A DNA stretch of 64,000 bases, from NCBI GenBank assembly GCA_963809895.1, contig CAWELD010000003.1:256001-320000 (forward strand). The letters run 5' to 3'. This DNA comes from an uncultured Gemmatimonadales bacterium (GTDB taxonomy: Bacteria; Gemmatimonadota; Gemmatimonadetes; Longimicrobiales; Gaopeijiaceae). Shown piece by piece: positions 53,864-64,000 of the stretch. The notes under the pieces are model-generated. The model was given only the letters and a program-made list of their open reading frames with translations. It was not told the origin of the DNA and made no database searches. Position 1 is the stretch's first letter. Every line of letters begins with the position of its first letter. The position numbers and the translations under genes are program-made.

Positions 53864-55224
53864 CGACGATGCGGACGGCGGCTGGCGCCGCCTCGCTCCT
53901 CGGCCTGCTGCTGGCGGGCTGTGCGTCGGGGGCCGGCGGGCGGCCGCAGGTACCCGATGAGCTGCCATCGCCGGCCGTTCAGGTGCGGGCCCCCGTGCTG
54001 GACGACGCGGCACCGGTGGTGGAGCCTCCGCCGGCGCCGCGCCGGGATCCCATCCTCGGCTCGCGGTGGGCGAGGGACCCCCGCATCGCCGAGCGCACCG
54101 AGTACTGGCGCCAGATCTTCAGCCAGCGGACGCCGGAAGATTTCACGGTCTTCCTGGAGCGCATGGGGTCGTACGCGACCCTGGTGGACTCCGCGCTGGC
54201 CGCCGAGGGGCTGCCGCGCTCGCTCCGCTACCTCCCCATCGTGGAGAGCGGCTACTCGCCGCGTGCGGTGAGCCGTGCGTCGGCCGTCGGGCTGTGGCAG
54301 TTCATGGCGCCCGTGGCTCGCGGCTACGGCATGCAGGTGACGCCGTTGGTGGACGAGCGCCGCGATCCGGTGAAGTCCACCCTGGCGGCCGCACGTTATC
54401 TGAAAGAGCTCCAGGAGCGCTTCGGATCCTGGTTCCTGGCGCTGGCGGCGTACAACGGAGGCCCGTCGCGGGTGGACCGGCTCCTGCGGGAGCAGGCCCC
54501 GCTGGCACCGCTGGGTGATTCGCTCTTCCTGGTGCTGTCTCCGTCGCTGCCCCGGGAGACGCGGGAGTTCGTGCCCAAGCTGCTGGCGGCCGCGTCGGTG
54601 GCGGAGCGACCCGAGCGGTACGGGGTGTCGGTACCGGTGGGGGCGGCCGCGTACGCCTTCGACGAGGTGGAGGTGCCCGATGCCACCTCGCTGGACGTGG
54701 TGGCCGGAGCCGCCGGTGTCACCGAGGACGAAGTGCGGGAGCTGAATCCCCACATCCTGAGAGGCGTCACGCCGCGGGGGCGGGCCACCGTCCTGCGGCT
54801 ACCGCCGGGCACCGGAGGCGCCTTCGCCGAGGCCTACGCCGAGATCCCCCCGTCGGAGCGGGTCACCGTGACCGAGCACGTGGTCGGCAGGGGCGAGACG
54901 CTCTCGGGGATCGCCCAGCAGTACGGGGTGCGGGTGTCGGAGCTCGAGGCGGCGAATCCGGGCGTGGAGCCACGGCGGATGCAGATCGGGGAGCGCCTGC
55001 TGGTGCCGCTGGTGCCCGGCGCCGCCGCCGGTCGGCGAGCCTCCAGGGTGGCGTCGGCGCCGGTGCCCTCTCAGGGCGTGCACGTGGTGCGCTCGGGCGA
55101 GAGCCTGTGGACCATCGCGCGCCGCTACGGTCTCACCGTGTCGGACCTGCGGTCCCTCAACGGACTGGGCGCCGGGGCGGTGCTGCACCCGGGCGATCGC
55201 ATCCGGCTGGTGGAAGGCGCCTGA
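53860..55224 (+). CDS. MltD-like lytic transglycosylase with LysM domains (lipoprotein)
   Basis: Lipobox LAGC, IVESGY, GLWQFM, DERRDP, AAYNGG, ETREFVPK, LysM repeats. Confidence 0.92.
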   Translation: MTTMRTAAGAASLLGLLLAGCASGAGGRPQVPDELPSPAVQVRAPVLDDAAPVVEPPPAPRRDPILGSRWARDPRIAERTEYWRQIFSQRTPEDFTVFLERMGSYATLVDSALAAEGLPRSLRYLPIVESGYSPRAVSRASAVGLWQFMAPVARGYGMQVTPLVDERRDPVKSTLAAARYLKELQERFGSWFLALAAYNGGPSRVDRLLREQAPLAPLGDSLFLVLSPSLPRETREFVPKLLAAASVAERPERYGVSVPVGAAAYAFDEVEVPDATSLDVVAGAAGVTEDEVRELNPHILRGVTPRGRATVLRLPPGTGGAFAEAYAEIPPSERVTVTEHVVGRGETLSGIAQQYGVRVSELEAANPGVEPRRMQIGERLLVPLVPGAAAGRRASRVASAPVPSQGVHVVRSGESLWTIARRYGLTVSDLRSLNGLGAGAVLHPGDRIRLVEGA

Positions 55225-55230
55225 CCCCGA

Positions 55231-55258
55231 ACGCCCGTCCCGCGGGTGGGGCGGGCGT
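55231..55258. terminator. Hairpin between convergent mltD-like and moaC genes
   Basis: acgcccgtcccgc / gtggggcgggcgt stem with G-U pairs. Confidence 0.5.
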
Positions 55259-55267
55259 CGCCGTGGC

Positions 55268-55780
55268 TCACTCCTGAGGTTCCGCCGTCCAGCGTCCGGA
55301 GCGGCCGCCTTCCTTCCGCACCAGGCGCACACCGTCGACCACCATGCCGCGATCCAGCGCCTTGGCCATGTCGTAGACCGTGAGCAGCGCCACGGACACC
55401 GCGGTCAGCGCCTCCATCTCCACCCCCGTGCGGCCCGTGTAGCGAGCCTCGGCGGTGACGCGCACACCCGGAAGCTCGGCATCCGGCACCAGCTCCACGC
55501 GCACCGACGCTCCGGGCAGGGCGTGACACAGGGGCACGAGCTCCGACGTGCGCTTGGCCGCCATGATGCCGGCCAGCCGGGCGGTACCGAAGACGTCGCC
55601 CTTGGGGAGGTCTCCGGCCCTGAGCGTGGCCAGCGTCTCGGGCCGCATGCGGATGCACCCTTCCGCCACGGCCACGCGCAGCGTCGCTTCCTTACCCGTC
55701 ACGTCCACCATGCGGGCCTCGCCTTCGGGGCCCAGGTGGGTCAGTCCGCCCTCGTCCACGTTCGGCTCCTCGTCGGTCAC
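55268..55780 (-). CDS. moaC: Cyclic pyranopterin monophosphate synthase MoaC
   Basis: LTHL...[39 protein letters not shown]. Confidence 0.96.
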   Translation of the reverse strand: MTDEEPNVDEGGLTHLGPEGEARMVDVTGKEATLRVAVAEGCIRMRPETLATLRAGDLPKGDVFGTARLAGIMAAKRTSELVPLCHALPGASVRVELVPDAELPGVRVTAEARYTGRTGVEMEALTAVSVALLTVYDMAKALDRGMVVDGVRLVRKEGGRSGRWTAEPQE

Positions 55781-56928
55781 GCCGCGCGGCACAGGCGGGC
55801 GCGCAGGCCCGCCACCATGCCGGTGATGATGAGCTGGGGATTGACGTTGCCCCGTGCCTCCAGGGCCGCCTCGTCCACCACGGCCAGGGCACGGGTCGCG
55901 GCCTCCGGATGCAAGCCGGCCTTGGCGGCGAGGTCGGTGAGCGTGGGCACCGCGTCCTGGTCGACGGCTCGCTGGGGGGCGCCGGCGGCGACGGCGGCGA
56001 GGTCCCGGACCCAGCCCTCCACCTCCGCCAGGAGGTCCAGCAGGCCGCGCGCGCCGGCGGGCCGGTAGCCCATGGCCAGCAGGTAGCCGGCCCCGGCATC
56101 GCCGGCCAGCGCCGCCTCCAGGACCCGAAACGCCTCTCGGTGGACCTCGTCCAGCGGCCCCGGGCTCCCGTCGGCCTGGGGCAGGAAGCCCAGGGCCCGG
56201 CCTATGGAGCCCTGGCCGAGCCGCGCGGCACGGCGAGCCTGGTCCGGCTCGGCGTCCACGGCTTCGGTGAGGAATCTCGCCACCCGGTCCGGGTCCAGCG
56301 GGCCCAGGTGGACGGGGACGGTGCGAGACCGGATCGTATCCAGCAAGCTGCCGGGCTCGCTGCTGGTGAGCATGAAGCGCGTGTCCGTAGGCGGTTCTTC
56401 CAGAAGCTTCAGCAGGGCATTCGCCGCCTCCTGGCTGGACTCCTGCGGCACCAGCATCTCTGCATCGGCGATGATGAAGATCTGCTGCCGCGACATGGAC
56501 GGCCGGCTCTGTGCCCGCTTGCGGAGCGTCTGCGCCGCCGCCAGATAGATCCCGGTAGGGTCGGCGTCGCTCACCGACGCCTGCAGCGGCGTCTGACGCA
56601 GCTCGGCCAGGCGGGCGTAGCGCGCTTCCTCCAACGCCTCGGCGAGCTTGTCGGACGGCGTCCCTCGAGGGCGGGACACGGGGAAGTGCCAGTGCAGGTC
56701 GGGGTGCTCGAGCTTGAGCGCCAGACGGCAGCTCCGGCACCGGTCGCAGGGCCCCTCGGGCCCCGGGTCGTCGCACAGTTGCAGTTGACCCAGCCAGAGG
56801 GCCAGCCGTTGCTTGCCGACGCCCCTGGGGCCGTGGATCAGGAGCGATGCGGGCAGGGTGTCGGCCGCGGTCGCCCGGATCAAGGCCGTGCGCATGGCTT
56901 CGTGTCCCTCCAGCGCGTGCAGCGTCAC
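55777..56928 (-). CDS. holB: DNA polymerase III subunit delta'
   Basis: [38 protein letters not shown]. Confidence 0.9.
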   Translation of the reverse strand: MTLHALEGHEAMRTALIRATAADTLPASLLIHGPRGVGKQRLALWLGQLQLCDDPGPEGPCDRCRSCRLALKLEHPDLHWHFPVSRPRGTPSDKLAEALEEARYARLAELRQTPLQASVSDADPTGIYLAAAQTLRKRAQSRPSMSRQQIFIIADAEMLVPQESSQEAANALLKLLEEPPTDTRFMLTSSEPGSLLDTIRSRTVPVHLGPLDPDRVARFLTEAVDAEPDQARRAARLGQGSIGRALGFLPQADGSPGPLDEVHREAFRVLEAALAGDAGAGYLLAMGYRPAGARGLLDLLAEVEGWVRDLAAVAAGAPQRAVDQDAVPTLTDLAAKAGLHPEAATRALAVVDEAALEARGNVNPQLIITGMVAGLRARLCRAA

Positions 56929-58160
56929 AGGCCTCCTCCCCGAGCCCGGAGCCACTGGAGCGGATCCTGCGCCTGGGGAGATCCGCCCTGGGTGGGCGCC
57001 CGGATCTGGAACTCGATGTGAGGCCCCTCCGGGGTTCCCCGCCCGCCCACCGTGCCCACGACCTGGCCGGCCTCCACGTCGCGCCCCTGCACGACGCCGA
57101 TGTCGTCCAGGTAGAGGTAGAGGGTGTAGAATCCGTCGCCGTGGCTCACCACCACGCTGGGCCCGTAGCCCTCGAAGGGCCCGGCCAGCACGACACGGCC
57201 GTCCCGGACCGCGCGCACGGGCGTGCCCACCGGGGCGCCGATGCCGATTCCGTTGAAGCGCAGCACCGTTCCGTTGGGTCGCTGCTGGCGGCCGAAGCGA
57301 TAGACCACGTTGCCGTCCACCGGCCAGTCGAGCCGCCCCGCGTCGGCTCCGGTCAGCGTGCCGGGGTTCGCCGGATTGCCGCCCGACGCGGCCCGGCGTC
57401 GCTCCTCTTCGAGCCGTCGTCGGTCGAGCTCGACCACGAGGTCGGTGAGGCGCTTTTCGTCGGCCTCCAGCTTGTCCAGGCTGGAGCGGGTCGTGGCCTC
57501 CCGCGAGCGGAACTGCTCGAGGGTCCGCTGCCGCTCCTGCTCCACCGCCCTGAGCTGCGCCACCTCCGTGAGCTGGCTCTGTCGCAGCTGGCCCAGCTCC
57601 TGGAGCTTCTCGCGGAGATCGTCGTTCTGGGCCGCCAGCGAGGACTCGAGCTCGGACACCCGGTCCACGAGCCCGCGGTCGTAGGCGGCGATGAGGCGAA
57701 GGTAGCGGTACCGCGTCAGGAGGTCGCCGAACGATTCGGCGCTGAGCAGGACCCGGACCGTGTGTAGCGCGCCCATCTTGTAGATGTCACGCAGCCGGCG
57801 GTTGAGCACCGCCGAGTTCTCGCTCATGCGCTCCCGGGTGAGGAGGAGCTGGCGGGTCGTCTCCTGCACCTGCTGGTTGGTGGCGTCGACCTGGAACTCC
57901 ACTTCCGCCAGCGCCGAGCGGGAGGCGCTGAGCTGGCGCTCGATGTTGCGGAGGTTGGCCGAGGCGTCCTCGACGCGGCCCTGGACGTCGGCCATCTCCG
58001 CCTGCAGCCGGGCCCGTTCAGCGCGGATTTCCTCGAGGCGGCGCTGGCTGTCGCGGATCTGCTGCTGCAGGTCGCCCCCGGTCTGTTGGGCCGCCAGGAG
58101 GCCGGGCACGAGGAGCGTCCACAGGAGCAGGAGCACGCGCGTCACGGCCCTCACTGTCAC
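56925..58160 (-). CDS. envC: Murein hydrolase activator EnvC
   Basis: Signal peptide, long coiled coil, degenerate M23 domain (WPVDG, FNGIGI, YLYL) lacking Zn ligands; follows ftsEX. Confidence 0.88.
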   Translation of the reverse strand: MTVRAVTRVLLLLWTLLVPGLLAAQQTGGDLQQQIRDSQRRLEEIRAERARLQAEMADVQGRVEDASANLRNIERQLSASRSALAEVEFQVDATNQQVQETTRQLLLTRERMSENSAVLNRRLRDIYKMGALHTVRVLLSAESFGDLLTRYRYLRLIAAYDRGLVDRVSELESSLAAQNDDLREKLQELGQLRQSQLTEVAQLRAVEQERQRTLEQFRSREATTRSSLDKLEADEKRLTDLVVELDRRRLEEERRRAASGGNPANPGTLTGADAGRLDWPVDGNVVYRFGRQQRPNGTVLRFNGIGIGAPVGTPVRAVRDGRVVLAGPFEGYGPSVVVSHGDGFYTLYLYLDDIGVVQGRDVEAGQVVGTVGGRGTPEGPHIEFQIRAPTQGGSPQAQDPLQWLRARGGGL

Positions 58161-59020
58161 GTCACCTCCCGCAGATGGCGGCGCACGGCCAGGCTGCTGG
58201 CGCCCGCTCCGAAGACCGCACCGGCCACGACGCCCAGGAGGAGCCAGGTCGGAGGCAGCCAGTCGATTCCGAAGTCCAGGAAGCCGGTGACGGTCAGGAA
58301 GGCGACCCAGGTCAGCACGATGGCCACGACGCCGCCCAGAAGCCCGGTGAAGGCGCCCTCGAGGAGGAAGGGGCGGCTGATGAAGCCGTCGCGGGCCCCG
58401 ACGAGACGCATGACGTAGATCTCGTCGCGCCGGGCGAAGATGGCGATGCGGAGGGCTGTGCCGATGATCAGCGCGGCCACCAGCGCGAAGGCTCCTCCCA
58501 GGGCGACCGAGGCCACCGCGGCGATGCGTCGCAGACCGAAGAGACGGTCCACCCATTCCTGGCCGAAGGACACGTCCTCCACGAAGGGGAAGGCCGAGGC
58601 GACCTCCACGACCCGATCCACGGCGGCCCGGGTCCGGCTACCCTCGCGCAGCCGGACTTCCAGCGATGCGGGCAGCGGGTTCACCACCAGGCCCGTGAAC
58701 ACCTCGTCGAACTGGGGCATGTCGCGCCGGGCCCTCGCCAGCGCCGAGTCCTTGCTCACGTACAGCACGGACTCCACCGAGGGCATGTCGTTCAACTGTG
58801 CCACCCCGGCCTCGATCTCGTCGTTCATGGCGTCGTCACGCAGGTAGGCCACCACCTCCACTCGCGCCTCGACCCGGTTCAGCACCTCCTGGAGGTTGAA
58901 GGCCACCAGCCCGAACAGGCCCACCACGAACAGGGCCAGTCCCACCATGGCCGCGGCCAGCCCGGTGAGCACGGGGGCACGACGGAAGGCCGCCACGGCC
59001 TCGCGGAAGGCGTACCTCAC
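58157..59020 (-). CDS. ftsX: Cell division permease FtsX
   Basis: NPLPASLEV, RRDEIYVMRLVGA...FISRPFLLEG. Confidence 0.93.
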   Translation of the reverse strand: MRYAFREAVAAFRRAPVLTGLAAAMVGLALFVVGLFGLVAFNLQEVLNRVEARVEVVAYLRDDAMNDEIEAGVAQLNDMPSVESVLYVSKDSALARARRDMPQFDEVFTGLVVNPLPASLEVRLREGSRTRAAVDRVVEVASAFPFVEDVSFGQEWVDRLFGLRRIAAVASVALGGAFALVAALIIGTALRIAIFARRDEIYVMRLVGARDGFISRPFLLEGAFTGLLGGVVAIVLTWVAFLTVTGFLDFGIDWLPPTWLLLGVVAGAVFGAGASSLAVRRHLREVT

Positions 59021-59730
59021 CCCTCGTCCTCCGGTTGCGGCGCCTGGGGAGCCTGCGGCGCGGCCGCTTTCGAATCATAGACCAGGCGGCCTTCGTCCAA
59101 CTCCAGCACCCGGGTGTCGGAGTAGCGCTTCAGGAGCTCCAGATCGTGGGTGGCCATGAGGACCGCCATCCCCATGGCGTTGATCTCGCGAAAGAGCTCC
59201 AGGATACCCCGGGTGGCCCGCTCGTCGAGATTGCCGGTGGGCTCGTCCGCCAGAAGCACCACCGGGTCGTTGGCCAGAGCCCGGGCGATGGCCACCCGCT
59301 GCTGCTCCCCGCCCGATAGCTCGTGGACCAGGGCACCCACCTTGGGCGCCAGCCCCACCTGGGCCAGGAGCCGCTGGGAGCGGGGGCGGATCTCGGCCGC
59401 GTTGGTACCGGTGACCTCGAGGGCGAAGGCCACGTTCTCCAGGGCGGTGCGGCCGGGCAGAAGCCGGAAGTCCTGGAAGACGAAACCCACCCGCCGGCGG
59501 ATCTTCCACACGTCCCGGTCCGAGGTGCGCTCCGACGAGAAACCGCTCACCCGCACCTCACCGGCGGTGGGCCGCTCCGCCATGTGGACCAGCTTCAGCG
59601 TGGTGGACTTGCCGGACCCGGAATGACCGGTGAGGAAGGCGAACTCGCCCTTCCGGATGTGAAAGGAGACTCCCCGCAAGGCGGCCCCGCGCTTCGGATA
59701 TTCCTTGGAGACGTTGGTGAGCTTGATCAC
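59017..59730 (-). CDS. ftsE: Cell division ATP-binding protein FtsE
   Basis: GHSGSGKST, VFQDFRLL, LSGGEQQR, ADEPTGNLD, ATHD. Confidence 0.95.
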   Translation of the reverse strand: MIKLTNVSKEYPKRGAALRGVSFHIRKGEFAFLTGHSGSGKSTTLKLVHMAERPTAGEVRVSGFSSERTSDRDVWKIRRRVGFVFQDFRLLPGRTALENVAFALEVTGTNAAEIRPRSQRLLAQVGLAPKVGALVHELSGGEQQRVAIARALANDPVVLLADEPTGNLDERATRGILELFREINAMGMAVLMATHDLELLKRYSDTRVLELDEGRLVYDSKAAAPQAPQAPQPEDEG

Positions 59731-59788
59731 GGGGATCCACCGAGGGAGATCGGGGGGTGTGCACGCGCAGGCGTGCGTCGGGGCCACA

Positions 59789-60733
59789 CTATGCGGACCG
59801 ACCCCGGCGCGCCAGACGCGCCGCCAGGCGCACGGCTTCGAGCATGGAGGTCGGGTCGGCCCGGTCCTGACCCACCAGGTCGAAAGCGGTGCCGTGGTCC
59901 GGCGACGTGCGGGGGAAGGGCAGGCCCAGCGTCACGTTCACGCCCGCGCCGAACGACACGGTCTTGAAGGCGGCCATCCCCACGTCGTGGTAGGGAGCCA
60001 CCACCGCATCGAAGGCCCCGCCCAGGGTGCGGGCGAACACCGTGTCCGCCGGCAGCGGTCCCTCCACCGAAAGCCCGCGCTCCCGGAGCCGCGCGGTCGC
60101 GGGGGCGAACACCCGGGCCTCTTCGTCGCCGAAGAGCCCGCCGTCGGAGGCGTGGGGGTTGAGCGCGCACAGCGCGATCCGGGGCTCCTGGATGCCCCAG
60201 AGGTCGCGGAGGGCGCCGTGCAGGAGACGCGCCTGGCTCTCGAGCAGCTCGGCGGTGACCAGGTCAGGGACGTCGCGGAGCGCCACGTGGGTCGTGGCCA
60301 GGAGGACCCGGAGCGGGGCGCCGAGCCGCGTGTGCTCGGCCGCCATGAGCATGCCCACCCGGGCCGCGCCGGTGAGACGCTGCAGCAGCTCCGTGTGGCC
60401 GGGCTCGTCGTAACCCGCCGCCCGCAGCGCCGGCTTGTGGATGGGTGCGGTGACCACGGCATCGGCTTCGCCGTCCAGGGCCAGGCGGACGGCCGCCTCG
60501 ATGGCGTGGGCGGCGATGCGCCCCGCGGCGCGGTCGTCGAGCGACGCCCCGGTGTCGCCGGCGGCCTCCTCGAGGTGCTCCGAGATGCCACCCGCGCCGA
60601 TGAAACGGAGCTCGACGGACGCACCGTGCTCCAGGGCCGCGACCGCCTTGCGGGTGACCTCGATGCCGATGCCGCGGGGGTCGCCCAGCGTGACCGCCAG
60701 ACGGGTCGCCGGCACGCCGCCTGCCGACGTCAT
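59789..60733 (-). CDS. pdxA: 4-hydroxythreonine-4-phosphate dehydrogenase
   Basis: GDPRGIG, TAPIHK, GHTE, NPHA, YHD, RTSPDHGTAFD. Confidence 0.95.
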   Translation of the reverse strand: MTSAGGVPATRLAVTLGDPRGIGIEVTRKAVAALEHGASVELRFIGAGGISEHLEEAAGDTGASLDDRAAGRIAAHAIEAAVRLALDGEADAVVTAPIHKPALRAAGYDEPGHTELLQRLTGAARVGMLMAAEHTRLGAPLRVLLATTHVALRDVPDLVTAELLESQARLLHGALRDLWGIQEPRIALCALNPHASDGGLFGDEEARVFAPATARLRERGLSVEGPLPADTVFARTLGGAFDAVVAPYHDVGMAAFKTVSFGAGVNVTLGLPFPRTSPDHGTAFDLVGQDRADPTSMLEAVRLAARLARRGRSA

Positions 60734-60745
60734 CGACCGACTACG

Positions 60746-62086
60746 CTAGAAGCGGATGTCGACGTAGGCGCGCTCCCGCAGCTGATCGTAGATGCGGTTG
60801 ATCTGCTTCTGCTGCTGGAGGCGCTGGCGGATGGTGTCCTTGAGGTCGTCGAACTGGAACTCGCCGGCCTCGCGGATATCGGACACCTTGACCACGACGA
60901 AGAAGGTCTGGCCGTTGATGGTGGTCTCGAAGGGGCCGACCACGTCCCCTTCCTGGGCCGTGCGCAACGCATCGGCGTAGCCCGGAGGCAGGTCCGTAGC
61001 GATACTGTCCCGCGGAATGGTGAAGACAGCGCTCTGCCGACTCTCACCGTAGCGCTGGTTGAGGTCCTCCGCCGACGCGCCGGCCCGGATGGAATCGGCC
61101 AGGGACGAGGCGAGCGCTCGTGCGCGGGCGGCATCTTCGGGGCTCGGCTCGGGGGTGATGAGGATGTGCCGCGCCTTCACCTCGCCCGGTCGGCTCCGCT
61201 CGACCTTGATGATGTGCCAGCCGTAGTCGGTGCGCACCGGATTGCTGATCTGACCGTCGCTGAGGCGGAAGGCCGCATCCTCGAAGGCCTGGATGAAGTT
61301 CCCGCGTCGGAACCAGCCCAGGTCGCCCCCGTTGGCCGCCGAGCCCGGATCGTCGGACATCTCCTCGGCGGTGGCGGCGAAGTCCGCTCCGGCACGCAGG
61401 GCGACCACCAGCGAATCGGCGACGCGCTTCGCCGCGGCCCAGGACGAATCGGGCGGAGACGGGCGCAGGATCACCTGTTCCAGGCTCAGGAACTCCGGAC
61501 GCTGCTGGAGTTGGTCCTTTTGTGACTCGAAGAGCTCCCGCATCTCGGCCTCGGTCACCGCCACCGCCGGCATCTGCTGGAGCTGCCGCTGCATGTAGAG
61601 CTGCTGGATCTGCTGCGTGCGGATCTGGCGGCGAAGCTCCTCGCGGTAGGTGGCCAACGTGAGGCCGTCCTGGTCCAGCGCCTGCTGCAGCGCCTGGGTC
61701 GTCCCGAACTGGCTCTGAACCTGCTGGACAGCCTGCTCGACCCGTTGATTCACGACGGCGTCGTCGGGGGTGAGCGTCGAGTCCAGCGCCGCGGCCTGCA
61801 GCACGAGCTGCAGGTCCACCAGGCTGTTCAGTAGCTCGGAGAAGGCCTGGCGGCGCTGGTCCGGGTCCGTGGGGAACGTCTGACCCTGTTGTTCGAGGAT
61901 CGCCGCCTGCTCCTGGAGCTGGGACATGAGGATCACCGAGTCGCCCACCACGGCCACGACCCGGTCCACGAGGCTGTCGGGCTCTCCCGGCACCTGGGGC
62001 GTTTGCGCCACGGCGCAGCGCGGAAGCAGGAGCGCTCCCGCAGCGAGGATCGGGGACAGTCTGGCGGCGAGCCGTCTCATGTGCAT
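60746..62086 (-). CDS. surA: SurA-like periplasmic peptidyl-prolyl isomerase/chaperone
   Basis: VDRVVAVVG N-domain, SDDPGSA.NGGDLGWF, YGWHIIKV, ARHILI, AYVDIR; upstream of pdxA. Confidence 0.85.
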   Translation of the reverse strand: MHMRRLAARLSPILAAGALLLPRCAVAQTPQVPGEPDSLVDRVVAVVGDSVILMSQLQEQAAILEQQGQTFPTDPDQRRQAFSELLNSLVDLQLVLQAAALDSTLTPDDAVVNQRVEQAVQQVQSQFGTTQALQQALDQDGLTLATYREELRRQIRTQQIQQLYMQRQLQQMPAVAVTEAEMRELFESQKDQLQQRPEFLSLEQVILRPSPPDSSWAAAKRVADSLVVALRAGADFAATAEEMSDDPGSAANGGDLGWFRRGNFIQAFEDAAFRLSDGQISNPVRTDYGWHIIKVERSRPGEVKARHILITPEPSPEDAARARALASSLADSIRAGASAEDLNQRYGESRQSAVFTIPRDSIATDLPPGYADALRTAQEGDVVGPFETTINGQTFFVVVKVSDIREAGEFQFDDLKDTIRQRLQQQKQINRIYDQLRERAYVDIRF

Positions 62087-62204
62087 CGTGGGGTCGGTAC
62101 CCTTCGGGGGATCGAGCCGGCGCCTCCGGAAGGGGGAAACCGGCGCGGGTCGGCGCGAACGCCGACCCGCCGTGTCGTAAACCTGCGTCCGGGACGGGTT
62201 CCCG

Positions 62205-63656
62205 TCACGAGCCGCCGCTGGTGTCCGGGGGTGTCGCCGGGGGATTCGCGCCCGGCGCGGCTTGCTGCCCGGAGGGCGCCGGCTGCGTCGGCTGTGGACC
62301 GCGCACCCGCGTGATCGCCTCCACCGCGGCGTCGACCCCGGCATCGAAGGTGCGGGCGTCGTACTTGTTCCTGAGCACCACGCTGATGCCCGTCGTGGGC
62401 AGGATCTGCCGGGTACCCGCGACGATCCCCTGCAGATTCTCCTGAACCACGCGCTCCACGGCCTGGGCGCGGGTCTCGGTGCCCTTCACCTCGATGGGGA
62501 AGAGGCCCGCCGAGCGCGCCGCCTCTCGGAAGCGGGTGCGATACTCTCCGGCCAGGGAGTCACGGCGCGCCTCGCTGGGGCCCAGGCCGGCCGCGCGGGC
62601 GACCTGCACCAGGAGCTTCCGCTGCGTCAGGGCGCGCAGGAAGTTGTCGCGGATGACGTCGTCCGGCGCCGTCTGCAGACCCTGGATGAACTGGGGCTGG
62701 CGCGTGCGCAGGAACGCCTGCAGATCGCCCAGCGTGTACTTGCCACCGCCGTAGGTCACCAGGGCGCGCTTCGCCGCGCGGCTGCCGAGCTGCTGGCCCG
62801 GATCCTGGGCCAGATCCTTCACCAGCGCTTCGGCGCCGTCCTGTACCTCCATGTCGGCGTCGTTCTCGACGCCGGCGATGTAGGTCGATTCCGCCTGTTG
62901 GTAACGCTGCTGCTTGATCTGGCTCTCGAAGTCGGCACGCACGTCCTCGAACGAGGGAATCTCCTTGTCCTCCACCTTGATGATGTGGAGACCGAAGGGG
63001 CTTTCCACGATGCCGCTCACCTCGCCCGGGTCGAGCGAGAAGGCGGCGTCATCGAACGGCTTCACCATCTGTCCGCGCTCGAACCAGTCCAGGTCGCCCC
63101 CGTTCTGGGCGGTACCGGCGTCCTGGGAGTACTGGCGGGCCAGCGCTGCGAAGTCCTCACCGGCCCGCACCCGCGTAAGAACGCTGTCCATCCTGCGGCG
63201 CACGCTGTCGCGCTGCTCCTGGGTGGCCTGTTGGGGGAATCCCATGAGGATGTGTCGGGCGCGCACCCGGGCCCCGGGCGTGTCGGTGTCGTACTTGTTC
63301 CGGAGCTCCGCTTCGGTGACCACCGTATCGGGTTGGATCACCGAATCCTGGAGCGCCTGCACCATCTCCTGGTCGAACTGCTGATCCAGGAGCGGGCTCA
63401 TGTCCACGTCGTTCAGGGTGGAATCCCGGGCGGTGGCTTCGGCCAGCAGCGTGTAGTCGATCCACAGGTCCGCGAGGGCGACCACCACCTGGGGCTGATT
63501 CGGCACGTCCGTCGCGCTGGCAAGCAGGCGCACGGTCTCGTTCACCGTCAGCTCGTGGTCGTCGGCCCGGGCCACGACACCACCCGTGTCGTCGGCCGTG
63601 CAGGCGGACAGGATGAGCAGGGCGGCCAGCAGGACCGTCGTCGGCAATGTCTTCAA
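62205..63656 (-). CDS. Parvulin-type (PpiC) peptidyl-prolyl isomerase lipoprotein
   Basis: Lipobox LSAC, RARHIL, GGDLDWF.RGQMVKPF, SPFGLHIIKV; TTG start after AAGGAG. Confidence 0.88.
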   Translation of the reverse strand: MKTLPTTVLLAALLILSACTADDTGGVVARADDHELTVNETVRLLASATDVPNQPQVVVALADLWIDYTLLAEATARDSTLNDVDMSPLLDQQFDQEMVQALQDSVIQPDTVVTEAELRNKYDTDTPGARVRARHILMGFPQQATQEQRDSVRRRMDSVLTRVRAGEDFAALARQYSQDAGTAQNGGDLDWFERGQMVKPFDDAAFSLDPGEVSGIVESPFGLHIIKVEDKEIPSFEDVRADFESQIKQQRYQQAESTYIAGVENDADMEVQDGAEALVKDLAQDPGQQLGSRAAKRALVTYGGGKYTLGDLQAFLRTRQPQFIQGLQTAPDDVIRDNFLRALTQRKLLVQVARAAGLGPSEARRDSLAGEYRTRFREAARSAGLFPIEVKGTETRAQAVERVVQENLQGIVAGTRQILPTTGISVVLRNKYDARTFDAGVDAAVEAITRVRGPQPTQPAPSGQQAAPGANPPATPPDTSGGS

Positions 63657-63659
63657 CGT

Positions 63660-64000
63660 TCAGGTACTCCTTGCGGGGGCTCCGCCCCCGTGCGGTGCGT
63701 GCTCCCGGCCCGCCGGAGAGGCGTTCCGGTGGTCCAGCAACACGGTGAGAGCCTCGATGAGGGTCGCGATCAGGGGCTGGGTGCCGACCTGGGTCAGCGC
63801 CAGGGAGAGGGGCGACACCCGCCGCACCTCCACGTCTACCTGGCGATCCCGCAGGGGCTCCTGGAGCACCTGCAGGTGGGGCACCACCCCGGGGCGGAAG
63901 TTCACGCGCGCGTTCCGATCCCGGACCAGGATCCGCTCGACACCCAGCTCTCCGCCCAGCAGCCGCAGCGTCGTGGCGTCCAGAAGTCGCAGCACCTCGT
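63660..64000 (-). CDS. 3' end of a truncated gene, probably transcription-repair coupling factor Mfd (TRCF domain)
   Basis: EVLRLL....LRLLG..LGVERI resembles the Mfd C-terminal EV..LL....LK......GI..I pattern; mfd commonly precedes PPIase/surA. Confidence 0.55.
   Translation of the reverse strand, partial: EVLRLLDATTLRLLGGELGVERILVRDRNARVNFRPGVVPHLQVLQEPLRDRQVDVEVRRVSPLSLALTQVGTQPLIATLIEALTVLLDHRNASPAGREHAPHGGGAPARST

Overview
High-GC bacterial chromosomal segment, dense with housekeeping and cell-envelope genes. The gene set and protein style suggest Gemmatimonadota; this is an inference and was not checked against a database. Core genes: DegT-family aminotransferase, bamD, nadD, secA, radC, rel/spoT, uvrB, tsaE-tsaB-rimI, a nucleotide-sugar block (ugd, UDP-GlcA decarboxylase, hldD, two epimerases), tolQRAB-pal-cpoB, nrdR, tatC, lptD, moeA, dacB, a Fur-family regulator with a P1B-4 ATPase, acs, guaB, mltD, moaC, holB, ftsEX-envC, pdxA, two parvulin PPIases and probably the 3' end of mfd. 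Two loci stand out. (1) A 2558-bp minimal island is integrated into the 3' end of secA. It has an exact 31-bp direct repeat, arm-type repeats and an N-terminally truncated tyrosine integrase. Its only intact cargo is a toxin-antitoxin-chaperone operon: MqsR, MqsA with a long C-terminal tail, and a SecB-like protein, preceded by a palindromic operator. (2) An uncharacterised three-gene module at 37.1-40.0 kb encodes a GAF+TPR protein, a 45-aa secreted/lipo-peptide ending FGHPGSGS and a receiver-like/AraC regulator; it resembles a peptide-signalling system. Also noted: three +1 frameshifts in tolB, a Fur-type operator in front of the ATPase, and a candidate attenuator upstream of guaB. No rRNA, tRNA or CRISPR array was recognised.
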